Assembly: GCA_029379285.1 (NCBI GenBank) | Contig: JAQYWP010000103.1 | Coordinates: 1 to 13,761 of the forward strand | Source: Rhizonema sp. PD38 | GTDB lineage: Bacteria > Cyanobacteriota > Cyanobacteriia > Cyanobacteriales > Nostocaceae | DNA: 13,761 nt | Direction: 5' to 3' | Shown: one piece after another, positions 7,559-13,761 of the stretch | Position numbering within the stretch: position 1 is the stretch's first letter | Layout of the letters: each line of letters opens with the position of its first letter | Position numbers and translations under genes: made by a program | The notes under the pieces: model-generated | Databases searched by the model: none | What the model was told of the DNA's origin: nothing | What the model saw: only the letters and a program-made list of their open reading frames with translations

Positions 7559-7819
7559 TGCGCCAATTTCTAAACCGCGCTTTCTCAACTCAATCGCATC
7601 GCACGGGATGTATCACCTTGGGCATTATAGTACAAGGCTTGCATTCCCAAGTTATTGGCAAAATAGGGATGTTAGGAACCAACAATACTTTCTTTCTGTG
7701 ATGGAAAGAGATTTTTGCGTGAGTTCCACTGCTTTTTGATTATTTCCCAGAAGAAAGTATGTCCAACCTTGGTTGCTTAGGTTGGTTGCAGTTGGGAGCC
7801 ATTGAACTTGAGCGAAGCA

Positions 7820-10735
7820 TTATAGCCGCTGCCGCTGGATGAGTTGACTAAATAGTCCTTCTTTGTGGGCAAGTTGGTCAAAATTACCCTCTTGTACTAA
7901 TCGTCCATTTTGCAGAACGTAAATGCGATCGGCATTAAGAATAGTGCTGAGTCGATGTGCTACGACGATGCGGGTAACATTCAGCTTTTCAAGGCTTTCG
8001 CTAACTATCGCTTGTGTTTTGTTATCTAACGCGCTGGTGGCTTCATCAAAAAGCAGAATTCGCGGACGGAAGGCAAGCGATCGCGCAATCAATAATCGCT
8101 GTCGCTGTCCACCGGAAAGATTTGTCCCGCCTTCACTGACTACTGTATGCATCCCCATCGGCATTGCCGTGATATCATCAGCTAAACCTGCCATCTTTGC
8201 GGCTTCCCAGGCTTCATCCATTGTCAAAACGGCGTTACTAGAAATATTCTCAAAGATAGACGCAGACATCAAACGACTGCCTTGTAAAACAACGCCTAAC
8301 TGTCTGCGGACTGCATTTACATCTAACCCAGCAAGTTCCTGTCCGTCGTAATGGATGCTGCCAGACTCCGGAGTATCAAATCCTAACAAAAGTCGAAATA
8401 ACGTGGATTTACCGCTTCCAGAAGGACCAACGAGAGCGATAAATTCTCCTGCTTCTGCTCGTAAACTAACATCATCAACGGTAAGCGGTCCGTCGTTGCC
8501 ATAGCGAAATACCACATTTTTAATTTCGACTCGACCAGATAATCGACCAGGGTCACTTTTACTACCATCAACTTCTGGGATAGCTTGCAGGATTGGTTGG
8601 GCGCGTTCCCACAAAGGTAAGACTTCCAATATATCTACAACGGTGCTGCTCAAGATAGTTGTACCGCTAATAAATGTACCAAATGCAGCATTGAATGCTA
8701 AAAAAGTACCCGTGGAAAAAGTATCATTATTTCCTGGCGATCGCAACAAAGTTGTAGCAAATGCAAAAATCACTGCCGGCGTTAATGCTGAGAGGATATT
8801 GTTTACGACTACAAGGTTATCTTCGATCCTTTGCGAATCTAGGGTTAAGTGCAATTGATGCTGATATTGTTTTCCCCAGTAAGCAAATGCTCTAGCTTCT
8901 GCTCCAGCAGTGCGGAATTTTGCTACACCACCGATAATTTGTACCATCATCCCAAAGAGTTTGCCTTGGAGGTTGAGCAAGGGGCGGACTTTACGTAACG
9001 TCAATATACCAGAAATAATTGTAACTGTAACGTTAATCAAAGCAACAAATGTGGCAATTAGCGCCAAAGGAACGCTGTAATAAAAGAGTAATCCTAAATT
9101 GAGCAATGAAAAGACGCTGGAAAAGAAACTTTTTAAAAGGGTATTGCTCAATTTGCCGCGAATTTGACTGATGACGGAGACACGAGCGCTCAAATCACCA
9201 ATTGAATAAGAACGAAAAAATGATGCTTTGAGGTTTAAAAGGCGATCCCAGACGGCAGCTTGGGTGGAAGTGTCTGCAAATGTTTCTAAGCGCATTACAG
9301 CAATTCCTTGAGTGAGTTGAAATAAAGTCTGCGCTAACGTTGTTGCAAATAGTCCCAATGCTAGCTGAAATAACAGCGCTCGGTCTGCGTCTGGTATGCC
9401 ATGATCGATCAGGATTGCGATCGCTTGCGGCGTAATCATACCGATAATGGTGGTAGCAATGCCAGCTAACAGCAGCGTCAAAAGTTCTTTGGAATGTCCT
9501 CGCAATGCAAAGCTAAGCAAGTTAAGTGGTTGAAGATTTTCTGGTAAAGGGCGATAGAATGTGTAAGCAGTGGGAGATAAAGTCGCAGCAATTTTTTCAT
9601 TGCATAAAGAGCGCGTTTGTTGCAGGGGGTCGATAATTTGGTAACGGGTGTCAGATATAGGTAATATGGCAACTGGACGATTATCTTCTAAAGTGTAAGT
9701 TAGTAACGGACCGCTATCTTGATGCCACCAATTATCTCGCAGAGTGATGCGACGGATGCGGATGCGGGAAGCACGAGCGATCGCTTGTAGAGGATTGCGA
9801 TGGCATCCCAACTCTTCAGAATTGCCAGGGGGATTAATGGTGATGTCTAAAACTCGTGCTACTGCACCAGCAGCAAATAGTAGTGCTTCTTCATTGTTTA
9901 GCGGTTGAGTAAGGGGAGAATTCGCTTTTTCGGCATCGAAGATATTAGCAAAGTTATCTAGGGTATTAGCGATCGCTTGATTATTCAGTTGCTCTCGTTG
10001 TTTTAAGCGTCCTAATTCTACTTTTATTGCTTTTTGTTCGAGTTGCCCAATTGCGTGTAATACAAAGGCTTGCAAACAATTTAAACCGTCTAATAAACTG
10101 CTAGCATCTAATATATTTGCATTTACAGAGTCAATTTCTAGGATATCCCTCGCCTGTAACCATAAATCCCCTAAAAGCGGAATTCGTCCAGTATCAGACG
10201 TGAGTTCTAATACATCTAAGCCTAGTAAGTTCGCTTGTCCCTGGAAAACTTTTACCCAAACAAGCATATCATGTGGCGGTTGAAACACTTCATTACTCGC
10301 TAAAATGGTGCAGCCAGGTGTTTTTGTGGGAGTGGGTAATGTTGGCGAAGTAATTTCCGATACAGTTGAACTTAGATGATTTACCCAGCGGTCGATTTGC
10401 TCAATGGCGGATTTTTCTTGCCTAATTAGATTGCAGAATTGATTTTTTGAAACTTGTAAAAGTTCAGTTTCTTCGAGAGCGATCGCTAAAATTTGCTGCT
10501 GTCGCGATAGGGAAGTTAGCGTTGCGGAAAACATTGCTTCACCCGCTTTGACGCTAAATAAATAACGTCGTTTACCCTTGGGAACCCCGTGTTGAACGTT
10601 GATGGCAAAGAGTGCTAAACTGCCAGATTGAATGAGCCAAATAGTTTCTGGGTTGTCGAGTAACAAAGGCTCATTGCTTTTGAAAAAATATGGTTCACCA
10701 ATTAAATTTAGGCGATGATTACTTTCGGCTAGCAT
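7820..10735 (-). CDS. ABC exporter (fused permease and ATPase, 971 aa) with an N-terminal cyclic-nucleotide-binding-like domain and a degenerate C39-like middle region. It is of the cyclic nucleotide-regulated ABC bacteriocin/lantibiotic exporter type (NHLP system, TIGR03797-like).
   Basis: N-terminal cNMP-like fold (LIQSGSLALFAINVQHGVPKGKRRYLFSVKAGEAMFSATL...ELLQVSKNQFCNLI). Six TM helices of the ABC_membrane type. C-terminal NBD with Walker A GPSGSGKST, signature LSGGQRQR, Walker B ILLFDEATSALD and H-loop VVAHRLSTI. ATG start at 10735. Confidence 0.85.
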   Translation of the reverse strand: MLAESNHRLNLIGEPYFFKSNEPLLLDNPETIWLIQSGSLALFAINVQHGVPKGKRRYLFSVKAGEAMFSATLTSLSRQQQILAIALEETELLQVSKNQFCNLIRQEKSAIEQIDRWVNHLSSTVSEITSPTLPTPTKTPGCTILASNEVFQPPHDMLVWVKVFQGQANLLGLDVLELTSDTGRIPLLGDLWLQARDILEIDSVNANILDASSLLDGLNCLQAFVLHAIGQLEQKAIKVELGRLKQREQLNNQAIANTLDNFANIFDAEKANSPLTQPLNNEEALLFAAGAVARVLDITINPPGNSEELGCHRNPLQAIARASRIRIRRITLRDNWWHQDSGPLLTYTLEDNRPVAILPISDTRYQIIDPLQQTRSLCNEKIAATLSPTAYTFYRPLPENLQPLNLLSFALRGHSKELLTLLLAGIATTIIGMITPQAIAILIDHGIPDADRALLFQLALGLFATTLAQTLFQLTQGIAVMRLETFADTSTQAAVWDRLLNLKASFFRSYSIGDLSARVSVISQIRGKLSNTLLKSFFSSVFSLLNLGLLFYYSVPLALIATFVALINVTVTIISGILTLRKVRPLLNLQGKLFGMMVQIIGGVAKFRTAGAEARAFAYWGKQYQHQLHLTLDSQRIEDNLVVVNNILSALTPAVIFAFATTLLRSPGNNDTFSTGTFLAFNAAFGTFISGTTILSSTVVDILEVLPLWERAQPILQAIPEVDGSKSDPGRLSGRVEIKNVVFRYGNDGPLTVDDVSLRAEAGEFIALVGPSGSGKSTLFRLLLGFDTPESGSIHYDGQELAGLDVNAVRRQLGVVLQGSRLMSASIFENISSNAVLTMDEAWEAAKMAGLADDITAMPMGMHTVVSEGGTNLSGGQRQRLLIARSLAFRPRILLFDEATSALDNKTQAIVSESLEKLNVTRIVVAHRLSTILNADRIYVLQNGRLVQEGNFDQLAHKEGLFSQLIQRQRL

Positions 10736-10742
10736 GATTGAA

Positions 10743-10765
10743 AATTTACAGTAGTTCTGTAAATT
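10743..10765. promoter_or_regulatory. Perfect 9-bp palindrome aatttacag-tagtt-ctgtaaatt, filling most of the 37-bp gap between the stop of the giant repeat-protein gene and the ABC exporter start; intercistronic hairpin or operator.
   Basis: Read directly from the sequence. It is identical on both strands and lies 8 nt after the TAG and 8 nt before the ATG. Confidence 0.3.
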
Positions 10766-10772
10766 ACTATTT

Positions 10773-13761
10773 CTAGCTAGGGTTAGGACATGCAGTTGTC
10801 GGAGGTGCAGATGGTGTAGCTTGCGGTGCTAGAGCAACAAGAACAATTTTACCATCGGCAGTTTTCACCCAGCCTTGTGCTTCGATGATTGCCGTGGGGG
10901 GAGTAAATGTTTTTATCGGTGCTTGGGATGTGTTGGGTAAATGGCCTTCTAAAGTTGCCAGCGGTGCAATACTGGTGGTACCATTTAATGGTTGCAGAGA
11001 ATTAGGTGGTATGCTGCGTCCTGTGACGACAAACTTACCTAAAGGTTTGGCATTACGACCTCTGCCGCAATCTTGAGCAATTTGGTTGCTGGCATCAAGA
11101 ACTTGATTTGGTAGTTCGATTAGTCGTTCTGTAGGCTGGACATCGGGTTGTTGGATGGAGATTTGTCCTTGTATTCCTAATTCAGAACTTGCGGTGATGT
11201 CATTAGTTTCAGGCGTAGTTAAAGGACGCGCTTCAATACCAAGTATACTCCGAGCGCGGATATTAATATTACCACCTTTGCCGCTGTAAGCGTTTGCAAT
11301 GATGTCGCTATTTTCTTTCGGTACGGCGACAATGAAGGGTGTATTAATTGTGATATTACCACCATTACCCCCAGCTTGATCGGTGCCTGCGGTGGCAGAG
11401 ATAAGGCTGTTATTTCGCAACAGCAGTAAGTCTCCTATTTGCAGGTTGATATTGCCACCGTTACCTGATGTAGATTCTGCAATGAGTCTGCCTTGATTGT
11501 CTAAACTTAGTTTGGGTGAGTTAATTTCTATATCACCTGCACTACCTGAACTGGAGGAGCGCACAAAAAAGCCGCTAGTAGCATTAGTATTTATAAAAGG
11601 TTCTCCGCCAATTTTGCTGAGTCGGTCATTGAAAGTAGTGTCAATGCCATTGGCAATCACCTGCTTACCAGCATTGACATTTATCTTACCAGCCGAACCA
11701 GTACCAGAAGTGGTGGTAATGATTTGACCACCATTAAAAAGCTCAATTAAATCGGCTTTGAGTGTAATATCACCACCTTTGCCATCATTTCTGGTTCGTG
11801 CATCTACCACACCACCTTTTGATACGCGCAAAGTATTAGCATTTAGTATGATATTGCCGCCTTTACCTGTGGAATTGGGGAGTGTAAATGTAAATAATCC
11901 ACTAGAGTATCCGGTGTTTGGATTGTTTCCAGAAACATTGACAGAATCTGAAGCGTTGATTTGAATATTTCCTGCATCTCCCTGTCCGCGACTACTAGCA
12001 ACAATTGCCGCAGCATTCGTAACAGAAAGCGAGCTTGTGATGATGCGGATGTCTCCACCCTTACCTGTGCCACCTTCATCTACATTGCTAAATATACCAC
12101 TGCCAAAAATACCATTGCTACCATCGAAGGAAACGCGATCGCGGGCATTAATAATTATATTACCTGCGTTTCCCTGTCCAGAAGTAGAAGCTCCAATTTG
12201 AGATCCATTAGCAACCTCTAGCGAATCAGCTGTAATATTGATCTTACCACCATTACCTATGGTTTCGGGTAGTACAAAAGCTGATATTTGTGCTCCATCT
12301 CGGATACTCAACCGACCAGTAGTAATTGTTAGATCTCCAGCATTTCCTAAACCATTAGCTTCGGTAGTAAAGGCGCTATAATAAATAGGACTTTTACTAA
12401 TCAAGTCAATAGATTCAGTGGCATTGATAGTTAAGTTTCCACCATCACCACCTAAGCTACCACTACTAGAAGCACCAGAGGAAATACCTGCCCCATTTCG
12501 CACAACTAATTTTGTGGTATTAATTTTTAAATCCCCTGCACGATTAGGACTAGAGGTTTCAGAAAAAAAGCCACTCCGTCTCTCGTTTCCTAATCCATCT
12601 AACTCTATTGAATCAAAAGCTGTGACGGTTAAATTTCCGGAGCGCCCAAAGTTGCCCTGTTGATTCTGTCTGCCAGAACCTGTAGAAACTTGTCCGCCAT
12701 TTTCCGCATTTAATCGCCCAACCTCAATTTTAATGTTACCTCCAACACCATCGGGGCTAAAAGTTTCTGCTGCAATCAAGGCGTCATTTAGCAAACTCAA
12801 ACGCCCAGTAGATAAATTATTAGTTTGAATCTGAATATTTCCTGCGTTTCCTTTGCCGTAAGTAGAAGACTGGATAATAGCACTATCATTTAAAAATATT
12901 GAGCCAGCTTTGATATCAATATTACCTCCATTGCCTTCTGCTTGGGAGTCAACATAACTGAGAACTGCGCTGCGAATGTTATCACTACCTATGCCAAAAA
13001 GCTTAAAGTCTTCGTTAACATCAATATTTATACTGCCAGCATTGCCTTTTCCAGCATTAGCAGTTTGAGAAGCTTGACGAATAAAAGTTTGGATTTGACT
13101 GCCGTTAATTAATGAAAGCGATCCTGATTTGACATCAATATTACCACCGTTGCCTATCGCTCCAGATTCAACATTACTGGAAATGAAACTGCTATTAATT
13201 AAAGACATTGAATCATCAACTTGCAGAAACAAATTTCCAGCGTTTCCTTTATTAAAAGTGGAGGATTGAACACTAGCATTGTCATTTAAAGAAATTGAGC
13301 CAGCTTTGACGTTGATATTGCCTGCGTTCCCTTGTCCATAAGTACTGGCATTGAGTAGAGCGCCATTAGATAATTTCAGCGCTTGTGCATTGATATTTAT
13401 GTCACCACCTTTTCCCGTAACGACAAATCCTTGTGCTGCCCCCACAAAGCTAGATGCCTGACTATAACTATTGGAACCAACACCATCAAAGGAAACTACA
13501 CCACCAGATTGAATTGTGATATTGCCCGCATTTCCGTTACCGAATGTACCCGCATTTATCATAGAGCCACTGTTGACAGAGACATCATTATCTGTGTTGA
13601 TTTGAATATTCCCTGCATTGCCTGTGCCAAGCACTGTGCTGGTAAGCACTTGGGCACTGTCTGATAAGGAAAGCGATCGCGCTCGGATATTAATATTAGC
13701 CCCATTACTGGAGTTTAGACTAAAAACGATATGAGAGAACGCGAACCAAATGGAATTAGCG
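10773..13761 (-). CDS. Giant beta-helical repeat protein of the filamentous haemagglutinin (TpsA-like) family, 5'-partial. More than 995 aa are visible and the N-terminus lies beyond the window.
   Basis: The reading frame is open to the window edge, with no stop upstream of the track's GTG at 13649. There are about 30 imperfect 25-50-aa repeats carrying G(N/K/Q)GNAGNI, GKGGNI or GNGGNI cores alternating with S/T/N-rich strands, as seen in cyanobacterial FHA-like proteins. A non-repeat C-terminal ~120 aa contains two Cys. No RTX GGxGxD nonapeptides. Confidence 0.85.
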   Translation of the reverse strand, partial: ANSIWFAFSHIVFSLNSSNGANINIRARSLSLSDSAQVLTSTVLGTGNAGNIQINTDNDVSVNSGSMINAGTFGNGNAGNITIQSGGVVSFDGVGSNSYSQASSFVGAAQGFVVTGKGGDININAQALKLSNGALLNASTYGQGNAGNINVKAGSISLNDNASVQSSTFNKGNAGNLFLQVDDSMSLINSSFISSNVESGAIGNGGNIDVKSGSLSLINGSQIQTFIRQASQTANAGKGNAGSINIDVNEDFKLFGIGSDNIRSAVLSYVDSQAEGNGGNIDIKAGSIFLNDSAIIQSSTYGKGNAGNIQIQTNNLSTGRLSLLNDALIAAETFSPDGVGGNIKIEVGRLNAENGGQVSTGSGRQNQQGNFGRSGNLTVTAFDSIELDGLGNERRSGFFSETSSPNRAGDLKINTTKLVVRNGAGISSGASSSGSLGGDGGNLTINATESIDLISKSPIYYSAFTTEANGLGNAGDLTITTGRLSIRDGAQISAFVLPETIGNGGKINITADSLEVANGSQIGASTSGQGNAGNIIINARDRVSFDGSNGIFGSGIFSNVDEGGTGKGGDIRIITSSLSVTNAAAIVASSRGQGDAGNIQINASDSVNVSGNNPNTGYSSGLFTFTLPNSTGKGGNIILNANTLRVSKGGVVDARTRNDGKGGDITLKADLIELFNGGQIITTTSGTGSAGKINVNAGKQVIANGIDTTFNDRLSKIGGEPFINTNATSGFFVRSSSSGSAGDIEINSPKLSLDNQGRLIAESTSGNGGNINLQIGDLLLLRNNSLISATAGTDQAGGNGGNITINTPFIVAVPKENSDIIANAYSGKGGNINIRARSILGIEARPLTTPETNDITASSELGIQGQISIQQPDVQPTERLIELPNQVLDASNQIAQDCGRGRNAKPLGKFVVTGRSIPPNSLQPLNGTTSIAPLATLEGHLPNTSQAPIKTFTPPTAIIEAQGWVKTADGKIVLVALAPQATPSAPPTTACPNPS

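Noticed and set aside
7923-9672. ORFs 7923..8351 (+), 8383..8571 (-), 8643..8858 (+) and 9478..9672 (-) within the ABC exporter gene
   Set aside because: They are antisense or out of frame relative to a CDS with unmistakable Walker A/B and ABC-signature motifs.
10885-13664. Multiple + strand ORFs (10885..11076, 11497..11727, 11758..11964, 11961..12221, 12418..12663, 13383..13664) and - strand 11843..12079 inside the giant repeat gene
   Set aside because: Artefacts of the low-complexity, repeat-rich antisense strand. The - strand frame is continuous with a coherent beta-helix repeat protein.
10773-13761. Possible CRISPR array or RTX (T1SS) repeat protein
   Set aside because: The repeats are imperfect, of variable length and coding-periodic with no spacer/repeat alternation, so they are not CRISPR. 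No GGxGxD nonapeptide calcium-binding repeats are present, so classic RTX is not supported, despite the adjacent ABC exporter.

Overview
This window looks like chromosomal DNA from a HIP1-rich cyanobacterium: there are about 13 copies of the octamer GCGATCGC, a ~1 per kb density typical of Nostocales-like genomes (inference). The gene content is accessory or envelope-related.

Gene order (coordinates on the + strand):
- 119-2338 (-): flotillin/SPFH membrane-scaffold protein with an internal 66-bp tandem duplication.
- 2530-2769 (+): a 79-aa hypothetical ORF whose stop overlaps the next gene's ATG (ATGA).
- 2766-3222 (+): an HNH endonuclease whose reading frame is broken at an A6 run. The site has the form of a -1 slippery heptamer followed by a stop codon.
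- 3388-5973 (-): secreted, possibly lipoprotein, BNR/Asp-box repeat beta-propeller protein of the GH74 (xyloglucanase-like) type.
- 6161-7066 (-): cation-diffusion-facilitator (CDF) heavy-metal efflux transporter.
- 7364-7558 (+): 64-aa remnant that matches only the N-terminus of cyanobacterial CHAT (caspase-like) proteins, truncated just before the catalytic His motif.
- 7820-10735 (-): 971-aa ABC exporter carrying an N-terminal cyclic-nucleotide-binding-like domain, of the NHLP-bacteriocin 'cyclic nucleotide-regulated ABC exporter' type.
- 10773 to >13761 (-): giant beta-helical GNAGNI-repeat protein of the filamentous-haemagglutinin (TpsA-like) kind, 5'-partial, 37 bp upstream of the ABC exporter and probably co-transcribed with it.

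GC-rich nested hairpins that look like terminators lie between the convergent or tandem genes.

No tRNA or rRNA genes, CRISPR arrays or IS elements were recognised.

The most unusual feature is the apparent operon pairing a TpsA-like giant protein with a cyclic-nucleotide-domain ABC exporter, next to a decayed CHAT gene. The frameshift architecture of the HNH gene is the second point of interest.
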